In this document: piece after piece, positions 38,138 to 50,834 of the stretch
Position numbering within the stretch: position 1 is the stretch's first letter
How the letters are laid out: each line of letters starts with the position of its first letter
Assembly: GCF_001194135.2 (NCBI RefSeq)
Contig: NC_068994.1
Span: forward strand, 13,021,027-13,085,026
Reading direction: 5' to 3'
Length of the DNA stretch: 64,000 nt
Source: Octopus bimaculoides
Taxonomy: Eukaryota
The notes under the pieces: generated by a model
What the model was told of the DNA's origin: nothing
Databases searched by the model: none
Seen by the model: only the letters and a program-made list of their open reading frames with translations
Made by a program: the position numbers and the translations under genes

Positions 38138-39507
38138 TACTGTGATGTAATTATGGTTATATTAATACATTAATTATAAAAGTTATGACATAAGTTGGTT
38201 AGATATTGGGATATGTTTTGAGTTGATCTAACTGGTTATTGCTAAGAACTTGCTAGCAATAAAAATGCTTTTTAAGGTTACATGGAGTGCTTCAAGTGCT
38301 GTATGTGGTTCAGAAATACATCAGACGGAACATATCCTTAATAAAGAATTTAAAGAACTAGGACCAAAATCAAAATATTTCACATATGTTGCTAATGCCT
38401 TAGGGAAAAGTATGAATGACTCAACTTCCATTCCCTCCCACTTTCATTTATATAATAGTAAAAATTGTAACTGTTAAGACTAAGGATATAAAGAGAATAT
38501 ATAGAAATAACATAGTAATATTTAACCTTGAAGCATTCAGATTACTCTGTTAAATGTAATGCTTATTTATTTGGATTAATGCTGCATTGTCTCATATCTT
38601 TGAAATTTTGGTGATGTGATTGTTTAGTTTAGAATGACATTGTAAAGTAGTTGTGAGAGGCCAGTTTGAACATAAAACAGGTAGACTTTATGGACCAGAT
38701 ATGGTCAGTTTAAAGGCTTAATAGCTATAAAAAATGAGTCGCAGAAAATAGACAGCCTGCGTCTCTCTAGAGCAATCGCATCACATGGTACATGTAACGT
38801 CTGTGTAACACATCATCGAAAAGCAAGCATACTTCCTTCTTGTATCAAAAACAAGAAAGAAAGAAATGGATCTGTATTGATTCCACAGGCATGTTTTAGG
38901 TAGATCCATCAAAAGTACTCTGATTTCTTAGAGGGTGCCATTGGCTGTTCTAATAAGATATTATGAATTGCGTTAGAATACCTGGATGGTTACATGTACC
39001 CATACACACAAAAAGAAACATGTCCTGGTTCTGAATAGCATTATTCTGTGAGAGAAATGACAGTGATACTATATGTTTGGCTTCATAATACAATCTTTAC
39101 ATTATCCATAAGCCAATTAAAAAAAAAAAAAGAGCAAAAAACACCATCACTGATCAGTAATAGAAGAAAACTACTCTTCTAACAGATCGAGAGATTCTGT
39201 ACACTTACACTTTAGAATTGAAGTTTCAATATGGTACAAATGGTAATAATAATTAGCCTGTGTTTTAGCTGTGGGAGTTGAATAGAACTTATGTCCTTAA
39301 TCTCAAATATTTACAAATGACCATTTTCACAACTGGGGTCGTGCTAAATTTTCATTTTTTATTTTATTTTAATTTGGATATTGTCCATGACATTATTTGA
39401 AGTTCCGATAAATATTATGAAAGCTTTTTTTTCTAGCCATATGGACCAAGTGTTTTTTCTGTCAATGTCATTTTCTTTTTTAAAAAAATTTCATTTTTAA
39501 TTATTTA

Positions 39508-39548
<41 letters not shown>

Positions 39549-39576
39549 NNNNNNNNNNTATTATTATTATTACTAC

Positions 39577-39607
<31 letters not shown>

Positions 39608-41084
39608 TGTCCTTCTGGCTTTAAGAATTAACTTTATTAACTTTATTTCGGAATTTCATTATTCTCGAGTTATTATTTATTTACATAATTTCGTTTGCTT
39701 CGCTTTTAAAAATATATATATAATATTTATTTATTTATTTATTTATTTTATTAATATGGTGAACAATATCGACTTTTAACATTAGTATAATCGGTAGAGC
39801 ACCGGACAACATTGCTTGTAATATTTAGTTCGTAATTTTACATTCACCGTTCAAATCCTACTCTCGTTCAATGTCCCTTCTCTCTTGTCGTGGTAAATTC
39901 TGAATTTTCCTTTTCCGAGGAAGATTACGTATAGCACCATTCTCCTACCAGATTCTGTTTATTCGCATGTTAGCTCCAAACAGGAACTGGTATATCCCGA
40001 TGTGCCAAGGTGCCACGCAGTGGGACTGAACCCGGAACCATGTGGTTGGTAAGCAAGCTACTTACCACACAGCCACTCCTGCGCCTGTATATGTGTGTGT
40101 GTCACCATCGTGTAAGAAAAGGTGTTGGTATGTTTACGTTCCTGTAAATGAAGCAGTAATAAAATAAGTACCAGGCTTTTAAAAACATAAAAAGTAGTGC
40201 CCTTTCATTCGGCTAAAATTTTTTCAAAGGTGATGCCACAGCATGGCCGCACTCTAATGAGTGAAACAAGATAGCAGATAAGGATACAAGACAGTAACAT
40301 CGAATCGAAATCTTTCTCGAAAACGAAAGGAATTATGTTGAAATTTCACAAAAGAACTTTCAATGATTTCTATTTAACTTCGAGATTGCCATGGAATAAT
40401 GGACAAATTTGACTTACTTGGTTCATAGATTTCTGTTACAAAACGATTTAGAAAAAAAAAAAAAANNNNNNNNNNAGAATTATTATTATTATTATTATCA
40501 TCATCATCATCATCATCATCATCATTCCTTTCAAGGTCGATAAAACAACTACCAGTCAAGTACTGAGGTTGATGTTATCGGCTTAACCCCCTCTCCAAAA
40601 ATTTCTGGCCTTGTGCCAAAATTTGAAACCATCATCATCATCATCATCATCATTGTCATTATTATTATTATATTGAGTTGTGCATTATGATTATTTATTG
40701 GCAGAATTGTTAAAGTTGAACAAAATTGCCTTTAAGTTAAAACTTTGTATTTCTTTTTATTTGTGGAAATTGTAATGGAATCATTGCTCAGAGAAATTGA
40801 ATGTAAAGCAAAGATATACATCATTCATGCTTTGAACCTCTAAATGCTGCCGAAATAAAAATATATTTTTCTTTCATCAAACACCAACAACTGATTTTAA
40901 AATAAACCAAAATAAATGCTAAAAATAAAGATTAAAACAAAAAAAAAATACCAATTCTGTACAGATAGATAATGTTGTGAGTGAGATGAAATAAAGTTTA
41001 TCCTTTATAGAAATTTTGGTAGTCTCTTGTCTTTCTTTCATTACCAATGGCTAGAAATGTTATGATCTTTGTAATGAGTCACTC

Positions 41085-41205
41085 AAAGTAGGTGGAGCAC
41101 ATGAGAGTGGGAGACCCAGAAAGACATGGGATGAAATACTGAAGAATGACCAAAGGATGCTGAAGATTTCAGGTAAAATGACAAGGGACCGAGATGCCTG
41201 GGGCA
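41085..41205 (+). mobile_element. RTE LINE ORF C-terminal fragment
   Basis: GRPRKTWDEILKNDQRMLKISGKMTRDRDAW. Confidence 0.8.
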
Positions 41206-41324
41206 AACACTAGTGTAATAAATTATTTTAATAAACACTGTTGTTGTTGGCACTCCATCGCTTACGACGTCGAGGGTTCCAGTTGATCCGATCAACAGAA
41301 CAGCCTGCTCGTATAAATATATAT

Positions 41325-41523
41325 ATATAATCCTAATGGGTAGGAAGGTGGATGGAGCACAGGCCCCTTCGGGTGGATGGCCCTGCTCAGTGTGTGGAGA
41401 GGGAGTGGGTAGTGGCTCTGTGAGATGTGCCCGGTGCAGGCTATGGACACAAAGGAGGTGCAGCAACATCAGGGGCAGGTTAACTAGCAAGTTGGTTTTT
41501 GTTTGTGGCAGATGTTCAGGTGC
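41325..41523 (+). mobile_element. LINE ORF fragment encoding a PHD-like Cys finger
   Basis: WPCSVCGEGVGSGSVRCARCRLWTQRRCSNIRGRLTSKLVFVCGRCSG: C4-(H>Q)-C3 spacing; truncated by the gap. Confidence 0.7.
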
Positions 41524-42771
41524 NNNNNNNNNNNNNNNNNNNNNNNNNNNNNNNNNNNNNNNNNNNNNNNNNNNNNNNNNNNNNNNNNNNNNNNNNNNNN
41601 NNNNNNNNNNNNNNNNNNNNNNNATGTTTATATATATATATATATATACATATATATATGTTTATATATATATTTATAACCTGGGTTCTCATTCCTAAGG
41701 TATTTGTCCATGTTATTATTATTCAGGTCACTGCCTGGAATCACGCTCAGACTCTTAACCACTATGCCATATGCAATTATGGAATGAATTTTAGTGCTTA
41801 TAAATCTAATATTTTCCTATCCTTCCTATGGCGTAGTGGTTAAGAGTGTGGGCTACTAGCCCCAAGATTCTGAGTTCAATTCCAGGCAGTGACCTGAATA
41901 ATAATAACAACAGTTATGTCACATTCTGTCTCATGCTGAATCTCCCTGAGAACTATGTAAAGGGTACACGTGCCTGTGGAATTCTCAGCTCCTTGTAGGT
42001 TGATTTCACTAGCAAGCTGTTTTGTTGATCAGATCAACTAGAACCATCATCATTGTAACTGACGAAGTGCCAGTTGTATATATTTTTTTTTTTTTTTTTC
42101 CTTTTTATAGCTGGACCTTACTATTTATTTGTTCTCAGAAAAATTACTCTTCTTTAATGATGGAAAAGGTGGGATTTCATTTGTATTTGTCATTGAGCCA
42201 AGCTTTTGTTGTTTCTTACCACCAATAACTTGATTTGGATTAATCATATCTATAATTGTGCATATTGTTGCTTTAACTCCAACACATCTTCTCACTAAAC
42301 TGCATTTGACGACATAAAAGGCACAATGGCATCTATTATGCACCCCAAATTCAGCAGCACATATTCATTCGCATATAGAACCTGGGGGGTCCTATATGCG
42401 AATGTCATCAAATGTAATAATTTATTCTCGTACACTTAAATATTCAATTTCAACAGCACTGGATTATTTGTGGCACCTACACAAAGCAAGTGCAGATAAA
42501 TCTCACAGAACAAGTTGTTGTCTCCCCTCGCTGGTTTGCGTGTGTGCTATAAGCCGGTCGTAAGTGTGACATTTCTTCAGCTTTTCTTAAGATGTATTTG
42601 TACGGACAGATTCCTAAATACAAATTTGCAATTTTTTGACGGTGCTCTAGATTTAGGAACTGCCATTTTTTATTGCAGAGTATTTCGTACATTAAGTACG
42701 CCCTTACACATATATATCCTCTTTTATGGTGGGGCACTTAACCAGTGTGCACATATCGTTGCAGTCTGTTA

Positions 42772-42903
42772 GACAATTTCCAGGCAGGAATTCCTTTAAG
42801 AGCGACTGAAATGTACCAACTGTATGTTCAAAGTATAGTGGAGAAGGCTAACCACTGGATTTGGTTAAAAAGAAACGATGAGCGATGGCTAGAGAAATAT
42901 TGA
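42772..42903 (+). mobile_element. Probable 3' end of a HERO-like (REL-endonuclease) non-LTR ORF
   Basis: ...IVEKANHWIWLKRNDERW...* resembles the remembered HERO C-terminal AEKASxWLWLKRxDxxW; upstream frame degraded. Confidence 0.5.
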
Positions 42904-44616
42904 GCTTTGTTTTTAATAACCAGTTGATCTAGTAAGCGGGGCCTCATATCAAGAGGCAGGCCCCGAAACGGCGCGCATTCTCTCCTGATGACCCCATACA
43001 CCTGCTGGCTTCTGGTATGCGGAGTTCTCGACTGGTAGCACTTGCATATGCGAGCTGTTTGCAAGACATGTCCAGTCATTCTCTACGGATTGCAGTAGTG
43101 ACTGTATTGTCAAAATACGGTCTCAAGAAACATACACCATTATTGAACGTGTGAGCCTTTTCTGAGGGTGTATGGAAATGTTGACATTTGGCAAAAGATA
43201 GTAGATATGTTATTTAACAAAACCCTTTCGAATTGCCAAGGGGTTTAATCGCTTAGTGGCTTTATCTCATGTCTCACTGCACTTCTTGTGCTTATATATA
43301 TATTTTGTACATGAGCATTTAACATCTTCATCCAAAAATCATAATTTCGTGCCTTTAATGATAATATTGTTCATCTTGATGGCGTCAAGAGCAAAAAGCT
43401 GCTGGGAATAATGAGCGAACGTAAAGGATGGTGACGAAAACGAACATGACTCAGGTAAGATGTTACGAATATAAAATATGCAAAGAAAGTGAACGCTGCT
43501 TTCACCAAGTTATTATAAGATTGAATTGACTGCTAAAAAAAACTGGTACACCATCCAGAAGGTCTTGTTGATACCTGCTGGAGTTGTCTCCCTTAGTTGC
43601 TCGACAGATAATAAATAAATCGTTATATGCATGGGAACGGTGAGAATGAAAATGATTTGCATATTGGTTCTCAATATGGTCTGGTAGATTCGCTGTTACG
43701 TTACTAACTTTAGAATGAAAATATAACATACAAACAACACAAATTGTTTAGATTTTATTGATTCCTTATTATTATTTTTTTTGTAATTAAAAGAAATGTC
43801 ACTTGGGTTGTCTCTTCATTTAAAACTTATTTTTAAACAATTTCCCATCGATTTATTTTTCATATTAGTTTATTTATTTCACAGTTCATAAGAGGGCATT
43901 ACATTTATATCAGCTAACAAAATGACTGGGTGACAGATGATCAGAGTTTGAACATTTTAACTGGGAGGGAGGGGTCTCATTCCTTTTCTAATAATAATAA
44001 TCCTTTCTATTGTAGGCACAAGGCCCGAAATCTTGGGGAGGAGGTAAGTCAATTTCATCGACCCCAGTGTTTTACTGGTACTTAATTTATTGACCCTGAA
44101 AGGATGAAAGGCAAAGTGGACCTCGAGTGGTATTTGAACTCAGAAATGCTGCTGTACCAGCTTGTTACTTTAATAATAATGAAAAGTGATTGCTACCTTT
44201 GGAAGGCCACAACTTGAAAAGTGAGCAGGGTGCAATTGATTTAACTAGCAGGGATTATGGAGTGAAGATTGGGGAATGAAAAGCAAAGTCGACTTCTGAA
44301 GGATTTTAACTAGAGGAAACTAGCTAATCACTACAAGACATTTTTGTCCAATGTTTTTCTGATTCTATTATCAACCACTTACTACTATTATTAATAATAA
44401 TAATAATAATTGTTTCTGGTTTGGGTACAAAGCAGCAATTTTAGGGTAAAGATTTAGTTGATGTAATCAGCACTTTATTTTATTGGCCCCACAGGGAAGA
44501 GCAGCAAAGTTGATCCTAGCAGAATTTAAACTCAGAATGCAAAAATTCAGAATACCGCAAATTATTTTTCCATTTTCCCCAACATTTTAATGCTTCTGTC
44601 AATTTTTATCACACAA

Positions 44617-44647
44617 ACACACACACATACATACATACATACATACA

Positions 44648-44744
<97 letters not shown>

Positions 44745-45208
44745 ATGTGAGTGTATATGTATGTATGTGCATATGTACGTATGTATATATATATGTATGT
44801 ATGTATGTACGTACGTACGTATATACGTGTGTATGTATGTATGTACTATGTATGTGTATGCATGTGTGTATGTATGTACGTACGTGTGTGTCTGTATGTA
44901 TGTACGTACGTATGTATGTATATACGTACATATGTATATACGTACGGATGTATGTACATATACGTATGTATATATATGTACGTATATGTATATATACGTA
45001 TGTATATGTACGTACGTATGTACGTACGTATGTATGTATGTATGTGTGTATGTATGTACGTATGTATACGTGTATATGTATGTGCATATATATATATGCA
45101 TGTGTGTGTGTATATATATATGTGTGCATGTGTATATATGTATGTATGTGTGTATATATATGTATATATGCATGTATATGTGTGTATATATATGTAGTGT
45201 GTGTGTGT
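44617..45208. repeat. Compound (CATA)n-(TA)n-(TATG/TACG) alternating purine-pyrimidine tract
   Basis: Directly visible. Confidence 0.95.
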
Positions 45209-46041
45209 ACTACTTTTCCACTGGGACTGGTGTGAGGTGAGAGTGAATAGTAAAGAATTGCTACACAGAACAGGGTTGAATTACATACAGCAAGGAATTT
45301 TTTGCCCTGATCCCTGCCATTGCAGTGGGACCTGAGCATGGAATGTATGAGAGGTGAAGCTAAATGTTGTATGGCATTTGGAGCAGTATTACTGTTTCTG
45401 CCACCCAACTGATTCCCAAGATCACTACTACTATACATAATATTGGCTTCAAATTTTGGCAGAAGGCCAGCAATTTCGTGAGGAGCAGATATGTCGATTA
45501 CATCAACCCCCAGCATTCAACTGGTACTTATTTTATTGACCCCGAAAGGATGAAAGGCAAAGTCTACCTAGGCAGAATTTTAACTCAGTGCATAGCAATG
45601 GACAAAGTGCTGCTAAGTATTTTGCCCAGAGGGCTAACTATTCTGCCAGCTCACTACCTTAATACTAATAATAATTATTATAATAATAATAATAACAACC
45701 CTTTCTACTATAGGCACAAGGCCTGAAATTTCGGGGGAGGAGACTAGTCAATTACATCAAGCCCAGTGCTCAACTGGTACTTATTTTATCGATCCTGAAA
45801 GGATGAAAGGCAAAGTCGACCTCAGCAGAATTTGAACTCACAACATAAAGATGGACAAAATTCCACTAAGCATTTTGCCCGGTGTGCTAACAGTTCTGCC
45901 AGCTCGGCGACTTAATAATAATAATAATAATAATAATAATGATAAGTCTTTCTGCTATAGGCTCAAGGCCTGAAATTTTGGGGTAGGGGGCTAGTCGATG
46001 TTTCCAATAAATATAATATCACAATCACCGCTCAACAAACG

Positions 46042-46047
46042 TTTATT
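46042..46047 (-). terminator. Candidate TRAPPC12 poly(A) signal
   Basis: AATAAA on the minus strand ~300 nt after the stop. Confidence 0.4.
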
Positions 46048-46206
46048 GTGATACTGTGTGATAGTATGTGTGTGTGTATATGTGTGTGCATTGTATGGAT
46101 GTATGTATCTACATAACATAAACCGATATGTGAGTACAAGTCATGTATGCATGGGTGTGCATGTGTATAAATCAATACAGAAAAGGGATTTCATTTAATG
46201 TGCATG

Positions 46207-46244
<38 letters not shown>

Positions 46245-46345
46245 CACATTTAAGCAAAAAGTGATTCAAAGTTACTGATGAAGCATCCAACGTCCATCTT
46301 GTGTTGTTGGTTCATTTGTTAGAAGTCCCTTGAGTCAAATTTAAT

Positions 46346-46588
46346 CTATGACATTTTAAGACAAGCAACATGAAAGCTGTCCCCTTTATGTTTACTGACA
46401 AGGCTAAGTAAGGCTTGCTTCTTTTGTGGTGCATGTGATGATTCCAGTTCATATAGAGTGCATAAGTTAAATAATATGCCTTCATGAAGGTTGTGTGTTG
46501 GGTCTGACTGGACGAGGTCTTCCAAAGTGTCCAGAGCATCTTTCAGTTTGCCTAAATACAGTGACGATACGGCCATGTTGTTCACTGC
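46346..46588 (-). CDS. TRAPPC12: TRAPPC12 last exon ([19 protein letters not shown]...[12 protein letters not shown]...[12 protein letters not shown])
   Basis: CAG acceptor; near-identical to the TRAPPC12 C-terminus [19 protein letters not shown]...FNLTTMYELESS; stop TAG ends at 46346. Confidence 0.96.
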   Translation of the reverse strand, partial: AVNNMAVSSLYLGKLKDALDTLEDLVQSDPTHNLHEGILFNLCTLYELESSHAPQKKQALLSLVSKHKGDSFHVACLKMS

Positions 46589-48337
46589 CTGCAAATAAAC
46601 AAACAAACAAACAATTAGTAACGAGAAAGTTCTAGTTTTGACATCATCATCATCAGCTGCAGCAGCAGCATCATTTTAGCAAAAACTTTTCCATGCTTGC
46701 AAGGGTCAGATGGAATTTGTTGAGGAGGATTTTCTATGGCTGGATGCCCTTCCTGTTGCCAAACCTCACCTATTTCCAAGTATAGTAATGTTTCCCCATG
46801 ACTAAACAAGTTTTCACAATAGATTGGAAATGAAGGACCCTGCTTGAATGAAAGTGGCACTTGCTTACAATTATCAAGCTATATCATGGCAAGATGGTAA
46901 CACACATACACACATACATACATACATGGATAGATGGATGGATGAATGGATGGATAGGCTCTTTCAGTTTCCAACATCATAATTACTCTGACATACACAG
47001 AAGCCATGGACATGATATAAAGAATGCTGAAGGATCAAGACTATTGGAGTTCTGAGGTGCAAATGATCTATCCATTTGTAGTAGGAGACAGACCAGTCAG
47101 CTAATCTCCTATCAATTAATTACACACACAAACCATATATCGAGTTGTTTGACTGAAAACGGAAGTCAGCCTTTAGTATTATCGTCATGTAATGTCCACT
47201 TTTACATGCTCACATATATCAGAGTTTCTTTGAGGTGGATTTTCTACAGCTGGATGCCCTTCCTGTTGCCAACCCTCACCTGTTTCCAAGCAAGGTAATA
47301 CTTCCTCATGGCCAGACATGTTCTCACAGAATACTGGTAATGAATTATTCTGCTTGCATGACAGTGACTCTCATTTATTCTGACATACACAGAGGCCATG
47401 GAAGTGATATAAAGACTTGGTGTTCTCAGGTGCAAACGATCTATCCATTTGTAGTAGGAGACAGACCAGCCACCTTATCACCTATCAATTAGGAATACAC
47501 ACACAAACCATATATCAAGTATATCAAGCAATGTCAAGACAAGGAAACCTCACACACACACACACAGGCATTCTGTTGGTTACAACAACAAGGGATCCAG
47601 CTGATCCAGTCAATAGAACAGCTTGCTCATGAAGTGGCTGAGCACTCTACAGACATGTGTGCCTTCAATGTAGTTCTCAGGGAGATTGAATGACACAGAA
47701 TGTGACAAAGCTGGCCATTTGAATTACAGGTGCAACATGGAGAAGTGTCTTGCTCAAGGACACAATGTGCCAGCAAGAATCTAACACATGATTGTAAGGT
47801 CATCAGCTGAATACCCCTAACCACTAAGCCATGTGCCTTCACTACACACACACATTATAGATGAGCTTGGGATTAACTCGATTACATCGACCCCAGTGCA
47901 TAACTGGTACTTAATTTATCGACCCCGAAAGGATGAAAGGCAAAGTCGACCTTGGCGGAATTTGAACTCAGAACGTAACGGCAGACAAAATACCGCTAAG
48001 CATTTCGCCCGGCGTGCTAACGTTTCTGCCAGCTCACCGCCTTCTTTCAGTTTCTATGAACCAAACACACTCACAAAGTTTTGGTTGGCTTAGGGATATA
48101 ATAGAAGACACTTGCCCAAAGTGCTGTGCAGAGGGAATGAACTCAAGATCACACAGTTGGGAAGCAAGCTTCTTAACCACACAGCCAAGTATGAGAACAT
48201 ATTGGGCAATCTTTTGGGGAATTGGAAACATAAAAGGATTAAGAACTCCAGGTATGGGGACTCTATTGTTGAATTTGTGACAAATTAAAGAAAAAGGGAG
48301 TACTGAAGAGTTTTAGGGGTGACATCAATATACATAC

Positions 48338-48425
48338 CACAGGATTACTGGGGTCTTCAACAACTGCAGCCTTGAAATGCTGGAATGCTTCGTGAAAGTT
48401 GCTGGTACACAATGCAACAAGTCCT
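48338..48425 (-). CDS. TRAPPC12: TRAPPC12 TPR exon (KGLVALCTSNFHEAFQHFKAAVVEDPSNPV)
   Basis: CAG/GTATGT; 88 nt, phase 2 to 0; TPR pattern with DP.N.V. Confidence 0.93.
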
Positions 48426-49259
48426 CTGAAAGTTAAAAAAAACAAAACAGAAGGCTGCCTGATCAAATAGTAAAATATAAGAAAACTGCAAAAAGTGGGA
48501 GGTTAGTTGATGAAGCAGGTGTAATACCTGCTGACAGGTGTCACCATTAGCAATTAAACTGAACCAATGATGATCTATTGAGCAAGACTCTAAAATGATC
48601 TGCCACAACTAACTTGCATTTTGTTAGTTACGACGATGAGAGTTCCAGTTGGTCCCATCAATGGAACTGGCTACTCATGAGATGAACATGCAAGTGGCTG
48701 AGTACTCCACAGACATGTGTATACCCTTAATGTAGTTCTCAGAGAGATTCAGCATGACACAGGATGTGATAAGGCTGGCCCTTTGAAATACAGACACTAC
48801 TCATTTTTACCAGTTGAGTGAATTGGAGCAACATGGAATAAAGTGTCTTGCCCAAGAAGACAATGCACTGACAGGTATCAAATTCACAACCTTACAACCA
48901 TTAGCCAAATACCTCGAATCACTAAGTGTGTGTGTGTGTATGTGTGTGTGTGTTTTTGTGTTTGCTTCCATCTACACTTCCCCAGGCTAGAAACGGTAAC
49001 ATTGCGGTCATTTCCCTTGTCAACAAGTCATCCACTGGCTTTGCATCTTTGAAGATGCATGGATTCCTTACTTGAAAAACAAAAGGTAAAAGTAACAGCA
49101 CAATAATATAGTCAACTAACCCATGCTGACATGGACAAATGGATGTAAAACAAACAAGAGATGGAGAGCTCAAGGGACAGGAAAAGTTGAGAAAGTTTCA
49201 AATCAAAACCAACAAATGCAACAAAAGTAAAAAACAAGAAAAACAATAGTCAAACTAAC

Positions 49260-49354
49260 TTGTTTAAAGCAGTCTTTGCAGCACTGCGTTTTATTCCAGA
49301 ATTGAGATCTTCAGATTTCTTGAAATAACTTTCTGCTGTTCCAATATCTCCCAT
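49260..49354 (-). CDS. TRAPPC12: TRAPPC12 TPR exon (MGDIGTAESYFKKSEDLNSGIKRSAAKTALN)
   Basis: CAG/GTTAGT; 95 nt, phase 0 to 2; matches IGDIKTAEKYF. Confidence 0.93.
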
Positions 49355-49528
49355 CTGAAAAGGAAAATGAAGCTTTTTAATCCCTTAGTATTCAGATTAC
49401 TCTGTTGAATATAATGCTATTTATTAACATTGTTCTGAATTAATCATGCATTATCTTGTAGCTTTGAGATTTCAATGATGTGATTGTTTATTTTTAGAAT
49501 AACATTGTTGGGAATATTGAGGCTAGCC

Positions 49529-49577
<49 letters not shown>

Positions 49578-50424
49578 CATATGCTTACATTAAATCCAGT
49601 TTGGTCGGCCTGAGGCTATAGTAGCAGACACTGGCCCAAGGTGCCATGCAGTGGGACTGAACCCGAAACCATGTGGTTGGTAAGCAAGCTACTTACCACA
49701 CAGCCACTCCTGCACCTATATACATATATATCATCATCACTCAACATCTGTTTTCCATACTGGTATGGGTTGGACAGTTTGACCAGAGCTGGGAAGGCCA
49801 GGGGCTACACCAAGCTCCCTTGTCTCTTCTGACACGGTTTCTATGGCTGGATGCCCTTCCTAATGCCGACCACTCCGAGAGTGTAGTGGGTGCTTTTACG
49901 TGCCACTGGCACGAGGGCCAGTCTGGCGGTACTGGCAACGACCACGCTCAAAATGGTGTTTTTTACGTGCCACCTGCGCTTGAATCTTTTGTTCACGTGC
50001 CACTGGCACAAGTACCAGTAAGGCAACACTGGTAACGATCACGCTCAAATGGTGCTTTTTATGTGCTACTGGCATGGAAGCCAGACAGCTGCTCTGGCAA
50101 TGATNNNNNNNNNNNNNNNNNNNNNNNNNNNNNNNNNNNNNNNNNNNNNNNNNNNNNNNNNNNNNNNNNNNNNNNNNNNNNNNNNNNNNNNNNNNNNNNN
50201 NNNNNNNNNNNNNNNNNNNNNNNNNNNNNNNNNNNNNNNNNNNNNNNNNNNNNNNNNNNNNNNNNNNNNNNNNNNNNNNNNNNNNNNNNNNNNNNNNNNN
50301 NNNNNNNNNNNNNNNNNNNNNNNNNNNNNNNNNNNNNNNNNNNNNNNNNNNNNNNNNNNNNNNNNNNNNNNNNNNNNNNNNNNNNNNNNNNNNNNNNNNN
50401 NNNNNNNNNNNNNNNNNNNNNNNN

Positions 50425-50459
<35 letters not shown>

Positions 50460-50653
50460 TTGTACATATGTGTATATATTTATATATTCCAAAGTTAGAA
50501 AGTTATTAAAAACAATGGGTCTTAAGTCTTTATAAGATATTTCAATTAATCTGATGTAACAGCTGAGTGCAGGTCGACCAAAACATTGTTTTTACTTTAA
50601 AAAAAAAAAGCAGAATAAAGAATAAAATATAATCTTCCAAAAATAATACCCAC

Positions 50654-50752
50654 CTGCAGGAATATACGTCCAATGCCAGTTAGCAAAGCACTCTGACTAT
50701 CCACATCTTTCTTCAGTAGTTCTTGATAGACATCGAGAGCAGCTACATAATC
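50654..50752 (-). CDS. TRAPPC12: TRAPPC12 TPR exon (DYVAALDVYQELLKKDVDSQSALLTGIGRIFLQ)
   Basis: TAG/GTGGGT; 99 nt; DYV.A...Y...LL.GIGRI.LQ conserved. Confidence 0.95.
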
Positions 50753-50834
50753 CTACAGCATGAGAAATAAACTAGTTAAAAGACAGAAACACAGGAGAGA
50801 GAGGGTGTGTGAATGTGTGCCAAAATTTGAAATA

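Noticed and set aside
41825-41895. tRNA-like sequence with ACT anticodon loop; truncated copy at 22381-22410
   Set aside because: Anticodon and acceptor stems do not pair properly; SINE head or pseudogene. The same applies to all tRNA-like SINE heads here.
44562-45516. Long 200-305 aa ORFs
   Set aside because: Stop-free only because of the RY microsatellite.
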